From positions 86,614,001 through 86,678,000 of the forward strand of contig OX597816.1 in the NCBI GenBank assembly GCA_951406725.2: a stretch of 64,000 nt of DNA, read 5' to 3'. Position 1 is the first letter of the stretch, and each line of letters starts with the position of its first letter. Below the pieces are notes generated by a model. That model was not told the DNA's origin and made no database searches. It saw only the letters and a list, made by a program, of their open reading frames with translations. Positions 39,293-53,931 of this stretch are shown one piece after another. This DNA comes from Octopus vulgaris (taxonomy: Eukaryota). The translations under genes were made by a program, and so were the position numbers.

Positions 39293-40385
39293 TATATATT
39301 GATTAGTTATACTCTCACAAACATACTCCCACCCTTCACTTCTCATACAAATGGTCACCGCTACAGGTGAAAGAAAGCAGCGAATATATACGAAAACAAA
39401 GACAGAAAAAAAAAACGGAGAATGTAACAAAAATACAAATAACAAGACATAACAACAGGTGTCTTTCAACTAAGGACGAATTCATTTAAGCTGGTGTGTG
39501 TGGAAATAAAGCCTTACGGCAAGGTTACAAGATTTCACAGGCACAGGGAGGAATATAGATGTTGCACGGATGACGGCCGAACCAAGAAAAGACGATCAGT
39601 CTTGACCGAGGACCGGTCACGTAGGGAGAGAAGAAAGAGTTAAAGGCAGTGAGACAGAAGTGAAAAGAGAAAAGCATAAATGAGGTGTGCGCAGCGTATG
39701 TTTAGTACTTTCGTTGTGAGAGGAAGTGTGCTTTACCAAGAGGAATAAATTATCTCCTGGTTTTGTTTTAGCTAAATTGAGTACAGAACTATCCATGGTA
39801 ATATTTCGTTTCTCCTTTCCGTTAATTAAAACCTGAAATTATTTATTCGTTTGCGTGCTTACAAGCTTAATTTCTTACTCCATTTTATGAAAACGCTTGT
39901 TTTCCGTCTTGTAAATCTCTATGTATTCCCGCAGTACTAAATATTAAATACAGTTGGTCATAACTTTTCTTTAAATCTTCTTTCATATTTAACAACCGCT
40001 CATTGAAAGAAACTTCGTATTTTTAATTATCGTTAAATGGCCCTCTAGAAATAAGCGGCGAAATTTACTTAAAGCATTTCATACATGATGGAATTTTTTG
40101 TATCAAAATCTACATACTGCTTACTTTCTCTTCCCAGATTCTTCAACTAAAAGCAGCCTATTTTCGTTTTCTTGCCCTCTAATATAGCCCGTCCACATTT
40201 ATTTCGTTTCCCGTCCTCTTTCTATGACAGTTACTCAATATATGTGTATAACAATCGCACACATTCAGCTTTTTTCAGTACTTTTAGCTCGAGAGCCCTT
40301 GCCGTGCTGGAGCGCTGTCGTTGATTTATAAATATATTATAAAAATATATAAACATGTTGAATTCAATTTCAGAAATGCACACAC

Positions 40386-40420
<35 letters not shown>

Positions 40421-40540
40421 TGTATGTATGTATGTATGTATGTATGTATGTATGTATGTATGTATGTATGTACGTATGTATGTATGTATGTATGTATGTA
40501 TGTACGTATGTATGTATGTATGTATGTATGTATGTATGTA

Positions 40541-40606
<66 letters not shown>

Positions 40607-40635
40607 CATATATATATATATATATATACATATAT

Positions 40636-41033
<398 letters not shown>

Positions 41034-41198
41034 TATATATATATATGTATGTATATATGTGTGTGTGTGTGTGTGAAGTATATTTGCCACTTGAATGTGG
41101 CTAATCACTAAGGGTGGATGCTACTGTAGCTTGTAGCTCCAGGAGAACATCTCCAACTGGCTATTGACACACTTTCTGTGCCCTATCATATAAATGTG

Positions 41199-41238
<40 letters not shown>

Positions 41239-42174
41239 GGTCACGTAGTATTGGATACTTTTCCATTTCTTAGTATCTGGCAGCGGTAAAGCTCCTTAGA
41301 AAGCATATCAAATGAGAATTATTGTCATGTCCAAGTAAAAGGAGATAATCGGTTATGGAGTGTACTTTACCCTCTGAGTTGAAATCTCGCCAAGGTTATG
41401 TTTTACCCTTTCGTGTTCGACAAACTAGAGGGATTATTCAGAAGCTATTGCAAAATAGACAATACCATATTATTTAACTGAGAGAGACGAAGGGAAACTG
41501 GCTGTGCATATGTGAGTACATCAGTTTACACCTGAATATTTCCCTATAGATTTCTTGTTACCATCAGCGATGGAAAAGATTGCAACACTGGTGAGGGGAA
41601 CTTTTATGCATGGGACCATTTTTTTAATAGAAGTAATGGTGTACTACCAACATAAATAATTGAAACGATATTTGTAAGTTAATACAGTATTTATGCCCAC
41701 TTTGCCTCATTTTCAAAGGAACCTCAGTATGTAGATATTTGTGCTTTTACTTAAGATGATCAGGCCTAGCCATCGACTATCTATGCGATGCAATATAACC
41801 TGATATTCGATCCGAAAGAATCTGTTGGAAAATATTTATATTATACGGGAGAACCGTTATCGAAATATAGAACCTTTATATAATTCATTATTGTATCCAA
41901 ATCGTTATTTTGTATTGTGTTGGGGTTCTTGACAAAATCTATGTCACTGCGTCGCAGTTGGTTTGGATGTAAAAGGCTAAAAATCGACAATATCGGATTG
42001 TGTTTATCTATAGTCGTATTTGTTATCGATAATGCTGAACCAGTTTATGCCATCAATACTTTTATGCTGCTGACGTAGTTTTCAGATTTCCTTAATATTA
42101 TTCACCGTAAGGATTAGTTTCGTACGTTTAATTAACAGACATTAATGGTAGGTGCAATGTTTTGTGACCATTAA

Positions 42175-42588
42175 TACTCTTTTACTCTTTTTCTCTTTTA
42201 TTTGTTTCAGTCATTTAAATGTGGACATGCTGGAGCACCGCCTTTAGTCGAGCAAATCAATTTTTTTTTGTAAGCCTAGTACTTATCCTATCGGTCTTTT
42301 TTGCCGAACCGCTAAATTACGGGGACGTAAACATACCACCATCGGTTGTCAAGCGATGTAGGAGGGACAAACATAGGTACACAAATACACACAAACATAC
42401 ACATACACATATATACATATATACGACGGGCTTCTTTCAGTTTCCGTCTACCAAATACACTCAAGGCTTTAGTCCGCCCGAGGCTATAGTAGAAAACACT
42501 TGCCCAAGGTGCCACGCCGCGGGACTGAACCCGGAACCTTGTGGTTGGTAAGCAGATAACTTACCACACAGCCACTACTACGCCTATA
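42175..42588 (-). mobile_element. Uninterrupted SINE family A copy (empty-site reference for the 28.7-35.0 kb array)
   Basis: Continuous head-core-tail; the head spans the position at which the other copy is split. Confidence 0.88.
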
Positions 42589-43893
42589 ATGGTTAACAAT
42601 CCTCAGCGTCTACCAAATATCCTTAGTCAACTACGTAGTTTTAAGTTATGATTTCGGCCTCAATGAGATATTCTATGCATTAGTGCTAATTTTCATAGAG
42701 TTGTATATAATGTTAGTAATGAATAGTTATTTGACCACATCATATAGGTACGTAATTTGGTTTGAAAATAATTATTGGACTATTGAATATCCTAATTTAT
42801 TATTTATAAGGTTTTTCAATTTAGTTTGGATGTCATTATTGTGTATATGAAATTTTGTCCTTGCTGTTATTTAAAGGATATCGGATTCAGAGATTCCAGC
42901 ATCTTAGTTTTGGAAGGAGCATCGTTTTTCTAATAGATTTTTGTATAGTGTTTCATCGATTAGAGCAGTGTGGAAAAAAATGACACTTTGCAGCACGTCC
43001 TTTGGGACATGTGTAGTGGAGACCTATAGTCTATTCCATACAAAATCAATATTAATAATCACCATAATTGAGTATGTTTGTGTGTGTGTGCCTCCGCGCG
43101 TGTATGCGCGTGTTTGTGTGTGCGCGTGCGGTTCCCAATGTTAATTTCAAACCTTGTTCTGCCTCGGAGAATGTGCGAGTATGTATGTGAATATGTTTAT
43201 TATGCATCAACTCTTCAGTGAGCAGATGGATGAAAGCCCGCAATTTGAAACAAAATAAAAACTCACAGGAGAATTTATTATTAATCACGACAATTGTTTC
43301 GACACATCTAGCATCGATTCCTCTTGGGTGGGACACTCAACAATTAGTAAAGGCGTATCCGGTGGTGCAGATGTATCTCGTTGGGTGATTAACAAATACA
43401 AGTCGTTAAAATGACTGTTCCGCAATGTAACTTGCCGTTTTCTAGAGAGAAAAGCAGCCAGACGGAGGAAATATCTTCATTTATATAGAGGGTCAAAAAT
43501 AAAATCACAGATGGCAAAAAAAAAAACGAAAACGCAAACCAGCGCGAAAAGTATTTAGAATAACCGTTAACAGATATGGATGTATAAACGCTCTCGGGCA
43601 AGCTGCACGTCGCGAGTACACTCGCGCATGCAAGCACCTGCAAAAATGTGAGTACACGCACACGTGAGGTTTGGTGCACTTATGATCACGAAGCTAGTTA
43701 GTTATCTACCTGGGGTTCATAGGAATGGGGAGGTTAAAAATTGAACTTAGGTCATGCATACCTTAAAGAAAATTAAGTTAAGTTAACGGTTACTCAAAAT
43801 TCATTCTCACTAGATGTGTCGAAACAATTGTGATTAATAAGAATTCTCGTATATTCCATCTTCCGTCTTTCATTTGCCATATATTTGTGTATG

Positions 43894-43949
<56 letters not shown>

Positions 43950-45189
43950 ACACACACATACACATACACATGTATCATTGCTATTATGTTAAACTGTTGT
44001 ATATCCAAATTTGGCCAAATGCGTTTTATCAATATGTATCTTTGTTTGCAATAACCGCTGCTTCAGATGCGAAGATATCAAAAATTGTCAAAGTATAGTA
44101 CAATGGTTTTATTACGGAATGGCGAAACACTTTTTTACCGTTTTCTGAAAAAGCAACGTTTTGGACTTACGACACTTTCGCATAATAACAGCAATATATA
44201 TTCTGGATAAATAAAAGAATTCGCGAACGTAGGAAGGTTATGCATACATACATATATACATACTTACACAGAAGTACACACGCACGGATATCCGTTTACT
44301 CGTCCTTTATTTTATTCCCGCTTTTATGTTTGATAAAATTATATTATATTTTTATAACTGACAAGTAATAGGGGATGTCATGAATAGCAGTGTAGCATAG
44401 AAAACAGAAAATACACCAACTCTCAGATGCACATATAGATAGACACAAAACATCCTCATATACATGCATTTACATGAATCCCCAAATTTATAAGCGATAT
44501 CAGAAATTATTACGTTCATAATCATAGGTAAATGTATATAAATGCCGGCATATTTAGTTGGATTAATGTGAAGCTTTTTACATAATGGTGCCATTTGCAT
44601 TGTCATATCGTTATTTTTCTCTTTCTATCTTTCTGCCTATTCCTCTGTCTCTTTTCCTCTCTCTTTGTCTTCCCCCTCTCTCTTTCTCTCTTAGACTCTG
44701 CATAAGTATATAGATAGATAGATTGATACACAGTGAGAGAGGGAGAGAAAGGCATACACAGATACTCTCACCGAGGGATAGAGAATGTATTCATGGTCCT
44801 TTGGTATTCAGCTCCAAAGGGATTATAAATATATAAATATATTGGTCTTTTCCGTCCTTAAAAATAACAGAGCAGCCATTGAAAGCATTATTTCTGTCTA
44901 TCTTTTCAAAATTTTAATCTAATTTGTTTCATTTCTATTTTTGCTTATCTTTCATATCGGAGTATCGATTATTTATAAAATGTGACATCGATGTTAGCTC
45001 ATCACATTACAAACTATAGAAAAATACAGGAAATGTGTGAGAACATGCGCATTTTCCTAGAATGTTTTGAATCAGTAAAATAAAAGCCGATTAGAATCTT
45101 AGAAGCTACACACATTTAAACGCACACACAAGCACACACACCACTATATATATGTGTGTGTGTATGTATGTATGTATGTATATAGTGAA

Positions 45190-45300
45190 GGCGTGTGGCA
45201 CAGTGTTTAAGGTAATCGGCTCACAATCGCAAGGCTGTGAGTTCTATTCCAGAAGGCGCGTTGTGTCCTTGAGCAGGGTACTTTATTTCACGACGCTCTT
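45190..45300 (+). mobile_element. SINE family C head, partial
   Basis: GGCGTGTGGCACAGTG...GAGTTCTATTCC...GTTGTGTCCTTGAGCAGGGTACTTTATTTCACG. Confidence 0.65.
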
Positions 45301-46049
45301 CTTGATCATTGCATTGCTCGTATGTATCTTTATTGTGTGCTTCTGGCGGTTTTGGAGCCTTGGCTCTGATTTTAGCAAGTAGTATTATATGCCCTACTGA
45401 TTTTAAATTTGCCCAATATTGTGCCTGTAACCTTGTGAACTTAGTGGCCACCTTATTATTACCTTATTAATAACGGTAATAATACATCTTTATTCAAAAT
45501 TTATTCTTGCTCACGATACTGTAAGGAACGTACACGAGTTAATGCAGTGAATACTTTAGAAAAAGATGTTAAAATGTTATTTCCAACTGAAGGTCTCAGA
45601 TTATGTTGGTCATGCAGATAGTAAAATCAATTGGTATTGAAATATACATTACTTACTGATGTATTCAACGCAAAGAGAAACATGTTTCTAATATGTTCAT
45701 TGTATTACTCGTGTGAATCTTTATTGTGAGTTTACGGTGGTTTTGGATTATAATTTAGTGTATCTAAGAGATACCTCCACGCTGGAAACAGCAGCCAAAA
45801 CTTGACTCTAAAACCATATTAAATGTTCATACCTAATCAGGAGAGAAGACAAAAGGTCAAAATGAGCTAGCAAAAATTTACTTGCAAAGACTTGCAAAGC
45901 CAAACAAAGCATTTGATAGTCTGTACAAACGTGTGTGGAACAACAATCATCTTAATATCAGTACAAAAGTCAGAGTCTACAGGTTTGTTGTTCTCACGAC
46001 GTTCCTATTTGGCTCTGATTCCTAGGTCCCCTACTGCTATCATTTCAGA

Positions 46050-46830
46050 CTCCTCGAACATTTTTACTAAACACTGCCTCCGTACCATCCTCAATTTTTG
46101 CTAGAGCGACTACATCACTAGGACTGAGTTTCTCGAGCGAGCAAAGATCACCAGCCTGGAAGCCATTTTACTTAAGATATGACTGCGTTGGGAAGAACAC
46201 GGTGACAGGATTAAAAGATCACCGCCTATCCAAGATCATCATGTACGGTGAGCTCAGTACCGGTCCCTTAGCCTTTGTCACACTGATTATCGTGACTGGT
46301 CCCGTCTAACTGCTGACCGTGTCGCTTGGCGCAATATCGTCACCGATTTTGTTTCCCTCTTTGAGATCTGTCACAGTGCCTCTCTTGAAGACAAACGTCA
46401 GACGCGAGAAAACAACGCAGCAGCATCATTGGACGCTGAACATCATCTTCATCATCATTGTTCGACCATGTTCGAGACAATGGAATTTACCATGCTACGC
46501 CAGACCTCACGGTCCATCATGGCGTTACGGAGGTCCTGTTGCTGGATGCCTGTATCCCTGGAGATTACATCAGGGTAGGAGAGTGTGCGCCCTCTGGTAT
46601 TGCGAGAAGATGGCTTCCAGAGGAGAATAGTAGAAATTACCTCTTTTTCAGCTCTACAACAATTTCCAGCAAACTGGACTCTCTTACTCTTCACAACCAT
46701 ACCCGTCATCACTGAAATCGGGTATGTCGATCCCACATCGGCCTTATCAGCCACGAACGAGCGTGCAGATGACGTGGACAAGAACCTTCCTAATCTTCCT
46801 TAGCGAAGCCAAGCCATGGTGATTGGTATC
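46050..46830 (+). mobile_element. RTE (BovB-like) LINE 3' remnant, interrupted by a second RTE fragment
   Basis: HCLRTIL..EFLERAKITSLEAILLK..LRW..IMYGEL before, and RVCRSHIGLISHERAC after, the insert. Confidence 0.7.
46441..46700 (-). mobile_element. 5'-truncated RTE-clade LINE fragment with (TGA)n tail
   Basis: KRVQFAGNCCRAEKEVISTILLWKP..RGRTLSYPDVISRDTG..LRNAMMDREVWR*; same terminus (CATCATCATTGTTCGACC) at ~55060-55090. Confidence 0.75.
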
Positions 46831-48390
46831 GTTGTGTCTAAGCGAAATCACCACAAACGAACTCACATACACTCACACACACACGTACACACACACACAT
46901 ACACATAACCACACATTCACGGCAGTTATGCCAGATTCATTTTAGTTGTAAAATATGCCTCATGAGACGAGATTATTGAAGAGTTTGAACTCCTCTATTC
47001 AATCTTATGAAATAATGAAACTCAGACTGTTATTGACATTTTCGGCTTTGAAATATTGCATTATGTAATTCCTTCGCATATCCCTGTAGATCTGTTTGAG
47101 GGTTATCGTTTGGCACCTGGATACAGCATAGCACCATTGATGTAATACGACTTGTTTATTATTCATTTACACTCTTAACTCTATAAAACGAAAGTAAGGT
47201 TGACACCCAATGCTAAATAGTCAGTCAGCCACCCAGAGAAATCAAATTGTGTTTGTCTACAGCTAATGCAAGGTACACTACTATACGAGTTGAAGTTCTA
47301 TGTTTCACATAATAATAATAATTACATCCGCTATAATTAACTTATGAGGAATATTAGCTGATAAAATTTTATTCGGCAAATTAACAAACTATTAGATTAA
47401 ACTAATCAGTAATTGTCTAATTTAATTTCCATAAAGGAAATTAAATTAGTTGTCCAATGACCCGTTTGATGTTTCTTCTCGCTTCTGTTTTCGTCAGATA
47501 TTATACAAAACAGATAATAAGCAATCTATTTCTTTTACACAGCAGGCAAAAGAAATAATGTCCAAACATCAAGTTTTCTGTGTTTATTTGCTTCACTATG
47601 GGTAACGAGCGGTTTCCATTAATATAGTGATAAGCTATACTAATTGATGTTCATTAAATAAAAAATGTGCTGTGACTATTTTCGAAATAGCATGAACGTC
47701 TGCAGAACATTACACGATAGTTTAATCCGACGATACAGAACACTGTCATTTATCTCGCTTTATATGCTGCACAGAGAAGGTTTCATCACACCGAAACATA
47801 TCCGGAGTTGTCACCCATACTTCCTGGAATAAATTAAGTAATAATATTTATTGACTAGTAGTGTCTATTTACTCCAGCAAATAATTATTCGTAAATTGCT
47901 TCTTAATACTTTATATACAATGACACTAACATAACTATTATTTATTTCTTTTTCGCCAGTAGAGACAGTGTTTTATGTTATATTTTCTCCGGAATATTTT
48001 CATAAATTGTCGAGTAAGAGATACGTTTTTCGAGGGTTTCACACTCGTTGATGCATATGCAGAATGTATTATTTGTAAGAAAGCTTGAAAGGAATAGGGA
48101 AGCACTGCTGGGGAAATCATGGTGATTTGGTACACGTAAGTATATAGCATCTGTAAGGCTTATTAGATTTCAAATTTGGTGAGCGCCAGTGGATGTACAT
48201 GTTGGAAATTGCGATGATCAGTCATGTGTGTATGTGTGCTTGTGTGTGTGTGTGTGTGTGTGCGTGTGTTTCTTTGACAAAACGAAAGTAGACAGGTAAT
48301 TCATGAATGTACTATTCTGGAAGTAGACTGTGTGGTTAAAATGTTTGATACAATTCCTATCGATAGCTGTATCGATATTTGTATCGGTTT

Positions 48391-48600
48391 AAGGCGACGA
48401 ACTGGCAGAATTGTTAGCAGGTTGCCCAAAATGCTTAGAGGCATGTCGTCCGTCTTAAGGTCCTCAGTTTCAAATTCCACCGACATTGACTTCGCCTTTC
48501 ATCCTTTCAGGATTGATAAACATGAACACTGGGGTTCATGTAACCGACTTGCTTTCTCCTCCGGTATTGCTGGCCTTGTACCAAAATTGGAAACCAATAT
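48391..48600 (+). mobile_element. SINE family B copy, degenerate
   Basis: AAGGCGACGAACTGGCAGAA...GCCTTTCATCCTTTC. Confidence 0.75.
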
Positions 48601-49529
48601 TTGTATTGCTATTCTAAAGAATAGTTAATATATTGACGTGGTCAACTTTCTTTTCATCCACAAAATTTCGATAACCAGACAACACTTTGCTGGGAGAGGA
48701 GCAGCAATGAATGTAAAACCCTACTCTCAAATTATTGCTTTCTTTCTAAATTAAAAATAATTATTACTCAGCTTTAATTAGGAACGAATTTCGACACACA
48801 TGAAACTACAGATACATTAGATCTTATTCTAGTTTTTAACAGTTACTGTACTCTTTATAATTGAGAAGGCAATGTAGTGGGCATAAATTTGTGTAGGGTC
48901 TCTCACAATTTACACATTAGCACTCACATACACGCACATATGCATATAAGAATGTGTACGTGCGCGCGTGTGTGTATATATATAGAGAGAGAGCAAATAG
49001 AGATGGAGAGAGAATGATATAATGGTAGTGAATAGCATTGCTCATTGTCGATAATGCAAAGGACATTGTATAAAACAGTACATTGAGAAACACGTTTACA
49101 TGACAATGACATCTGTCTATGAAATTTAAACAACGGAGGATCTGAATTCAATACAGGCTAATAAACCATACATCATTTACACAGTAATACTGCTCACTAC
49201 CAACCTGAACTGTTGCTCAAATTTAGTATTTATTTACAGTTGTGTGAAGTCGGATATTGAGAGTTAACAGTTTAAGTCATTAACAGCGCAATGCACGTTC
49301 AGAATACGAATCAATGTCCGATTGGCTACTTGCCCAACGCTATCAGATCGGCCGCATATGGTTGTCCATAAAACATTTCTGAAAGAGGTATATTTTGTTA
49401 AACTCTCTATATCTTTCTATTTCCCTTCTTTCATCCATCCTTCTTCCACATCAGTCATACTCTAACTCTGTAGCATTCTCTCAAACATTTCTTTCTCGGT
49501 TGATTTAATATTTCAGTGCATATTTTTTA

Positions 49530-49900
49530 TCTTTTATTTATTTGGGCCATTAGACTACAGCCATGCTGGGGCACGGCCTTGAACGAATTTTAATCGAAGG
49601 ATTCGCACACAGTATTTTATATTATATTTTTTCAGCTTGATATTTATTCTATCGGTCTTTTTGCCGGACTACTAAGTTACGGGGGAAGAAAATATACAAC
49701 AGGTTGTCAAGTAATGGATTCAAATGACAAAAACACAAAAATACATAGATTCTTTCAGTTTCGTCTACCAATTCCACTCACAAGGTTTCGATCAGCTCAA
49801 GACTAAAGTAAAAAAAAACTTGCCCTCGGTGCCACGCATTGGGACTAAACATGATACCATGAGGTTGAGAAGCAAACGGCTTACCACACAGCCACGCCTG
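49530..49900 (-). mobile_element. SINE family A copy, degenerate
   Basis: Collinear with 42175-42588. Confidence 0.7.
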
Positions 49901-50957
49901 AGACAATATAAACAATGAAAAGAAAACGTGTCTGTATGTTTAAGTACTTCCGATAGAAGATGGCACGTGCACAGTGTGTGAGTGTGTGTGACTATGTTGT
50001 GGTGTATGTGTGTGCATGCGTCTGTGTGCGAGCGCGTAGTGTGCGAGCGCGTAGTGTGTGCGAGCGCGGAGTGTGTGTGCGCGTGTATGTTTTGTCTCTG
50101 TGCATACGCGTGCGTGTGTGTGTATGTGCGTGTGTGCGTGTGTGTGTGTATGTTGGTGTATGTGTGTGCGTGTGTATGTCTTCATACTAGCGAGGGTGTT
50201 TATGCATACATCTTTAAAACCACATTCCGAGATATAAAAAGGCAAAGACATACAAACACATATACAAAACAAAAATGAATCACACATTATAAATATATAC
50301 ATGGATACATACACAAATATGTACATACATATGTACACATACGTACCTCAATACAAATTTAATACGTACGTAGCCATGCATATGCATACGTACAGTCATG
50401 AAGCACCAACAGACATACACACAAAAAAATTGTGTATCGGTGTGTGCACATATTTGCATGTGATTCCTTCTGTGTTTATGTGTAATCATACAATTTTGAA
50501 GTGTCTACTTTTGTGCAATTGTACATTTTTGACATGTTACATATTTGTACAATTCCTTTATTTATTTGTTTATTTTTTTAAAAATCAGCAAATACAATCC
50601 TGATATAAAATAAAATACTATTACTAGTTCAATCGATTATTTATATGATGTACCAAAATAAAATACCGTTGATCCATACAGTGAAATCAATATTACAAGA
50701 CAAGACACTCAGGCGACATAGCAATGAATTTAGACATCCTGCCTAAATCGCTAACGTTATACAGTCAAGTATATTAGTATTTCTTAAGTTCAAACAGAAG
50801 CGTTGTCAATGTGTGTACATAGAAAAATACAGGAAAATACACTCGCAGACACGCATCTGTGTGTATATACATACATAGAAACATATATATCTGTGTCTGT
50901 GTGTGCATGTGAGTGTGTGTATCAATACGTATGTACCTAACTACATAAATGTACATA

Positions 50958-51020
<63 letters not shown>

Positions 51021-51258
51021 ATTTGTGTGTGTTTGTGTGTATTCATATATATGCACCTATATTAAAATATAGGTGTGTACATATATATACATGTATATAT
51101 GTATGTGTGTGTGAGTGTGTATGTGTGAGTGTGTGTAAGTACGTGTGTAAATATGTAAATAAGATCGGAAATATGTGTGTATATATATGTATATTTATTG
51201 AAATACACACACGCACATATATATATATATATATATATATATGCATATGCATAGATAA

Positions 51259-51289
<31 letters not shown>

Positions 51290-51828
51290 CGTATGTATAT
51301 ACACACATACATATATATATATATGCGTATGTATATATATATATATATATATATAAACACATATATATATATATAAACACATTCCTATATATATTCATTT
51401 CAATAAAGACAGATACAGATACTTCTACAAACACATTCGCGCGTACACACATACACACACTCACACTTATATACACACGCATACACACACCGACGGGCAC
51501 ACTCACACACGCACACGCACTCACATAAATGCCAGAGGATAATACAATTGATTGTGCCCTCTATCATGCGACATATATACACTTGCCCTAAGCTGGGCAT
51601 AGGTAATAATCGATACTAAAAAACGGAAAATCCATATTGAATACAGATACAACATCGTCCTTTAAAGGTATAAATCAATGGGTTATCCTACTCTATATAA
51701 TTTTCTAGATGTGTAAACTTGCATTGTAACGGCAGAGTTTGCGAACGGCAACCTGTAAGCTCTATACAGAAATATCCATGCTTACACTCAGGTATGTATG
51801 TAGCACACACTCATATCGATACTGACAA

Positions 51829-51914
<86 letters not shown>

Positions 51915-52207
51915 ATGTGTGTATGACAGATAGATAGAGAAAGAATGAGAGTGAACGACAGAGAGAAACAGACAGATAGATTGCTAGAGAGATATACAAA
52001 TATATATATATTTACAATCATATATATATATATATCTGGAGAGAGAGATACAAATGAATGTAAAAACATATCTATGTATTCAAATGTACACTCACTAAAA
52101 TATTCAAAAATATATTACATAAATCCACATACATATAAAGTTACTTGTGTATAGGAATATATATATATCATGTCGAAATAGATATCTGTATATTTGTATA
52201 TACACAC

Positions 52208-52252
<45 letters not shown>

Positions 52253-52281
52253 CCTCTCTCTATCTCCCTCTCTCTCTTTCT

Positions 52282-52326
<45 letters not shown>

Positions 52327-52570
52327 GGCTTATGCTGAACAATATATATATAAATGTTAGAGTATGTATGTACCCATATGCATAAATATATACTCATTTG
52401 TCATTGACTATATTATTGACTAGGTCTATTATTGAACGAAGCGAAGACGTTTTTATTATATGCAAGAGTTTGTTTATAATAATGAAACTCTTCCTTTTGG
52501 CAATCGCAGAATATTCCTGTGCCTTCATACTCGCAGTGTGTACATTCCAGCATTTATACACATACGCTAG

Positions 52571-52640
<70 letters not shown>

Positions 52641-52896
52641 TATATATACATACAAGCTTAGGAACATACATGCGTTCATACAAATAAAACATCCTCACCA
52701 ATGCCAGCCAATTTTCCAATCATGGTACAAGATTTCAGCCTTTGTACGGAAATTGCATTCGAACCTATCAGCTTCTATGACCATCGATATTTGTTCCTGC
52801 AAATAAATGTCAACGGATTTTTACGTAGGATGAAGCTATATAAATTACCAATTTTTATAGCCAAGAGACTTAACTCTGGAAGCTAAATTAAAGAAG

Positions 52897-52927
<31 letters not shown>

Positions 52928-52948
52928 TAGATACGTATATGTACAGAT

Positions 52949-53005
<57 letters not shown>

Positions 53006-53509
53006 CGTATATATACATGTATACGTATGTATATGTGTGTGTTTTTGTGTGTTTTTGTCTGTGTATGTACATACATATAGATGCACATATATAGCATAGA
53101 TATTTCCAATTTTGAAGTTCATCCAAATTGATAACAAGAAAACAAAAACAAATTAATAAAGGTTATATAGAATCTAAGATGATAATAATACGCAATGTCT
53201 CCAAATCCCTAGATGCATGATCGTTATATCTCGTTTTCACACAACTTCTGCCCATCAGCAACAGAAAAAACATTTTTTCTTCTCCTGTGTAAGTGTGGTA
53301 ATGTATTTGTAAAAATTTTATATGTACAGAGCGTACACGAAAGTCAGCCCTGTAGAATTTTGTATCAGATTTAATTTGAAATAATGTATATAATATTCAA
53401 TAAGGTATTTTGGAACAAATAAAACACCTATACTTTAGAGTCTAAATGTGCGTGCGTTTGTATGCGTGTGTATGTGTATATGTATCTATACTGGTATATA
53501 CATATATGT

Positions 53510-53676
53510 GTGCCCTCTGTCTTCCCTTCTCTGGATCTTTCCTTCTCCTATGTTTCCGACGAAGAGCTCCTCTCGAAACATTAAACCCTCCTTCTTTCCT
53601 GAGCGTCCAATAATACTATATTTGTTCCACGTCCTCGCGTTGTTGTGTTTTTTTTTGTGCTTTCTTGTTTGGATTA

Positions 53677-53682
<6 letters not shown>
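53510..53682 (+). mobile_element. Short Penelope-type terminal fragment with hammerhead-like motif, ending in (TA)n
   Basis: gttt-CCGACGA-agagctcctctc-GAAA-ca-TT-aaac at 53552-53586. Confidence 0.5.
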
Positions 53683-53720
<38 letters not shown>

Positions 53721-53726
<6 letters not shown>

Positions 53727-53931
53727 CAATTTAGGGTATCTAAGAGATACCACCACGCTTGAAATAGCAGTCAAAACTTGACTCTAAAACCACATTAAAT
53801 GTTCATACAGCATCAGGATAGAAGACGAAGAGACAAAATAAAATAGCAAAAAGTTACTGGATTATTCCAGATCCCGGATTTCCCGGATTTCAAGCGTGGT
53901 GGTATCTCTTAGATACCTTAAATTATAATTT
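53721..53931. repeat. 45-bp inverted repeat element; left arm and interior also present without inversion at ~45747-45880
   Basis: AAATTACAATTTAGGGTATCTAAGAGATACCACCACGCTTGAAAT / ATTTCAAGCGTGGTGGTATCTCTTAGATACCTTAAATTATAATTT. Confidence 0.8.
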
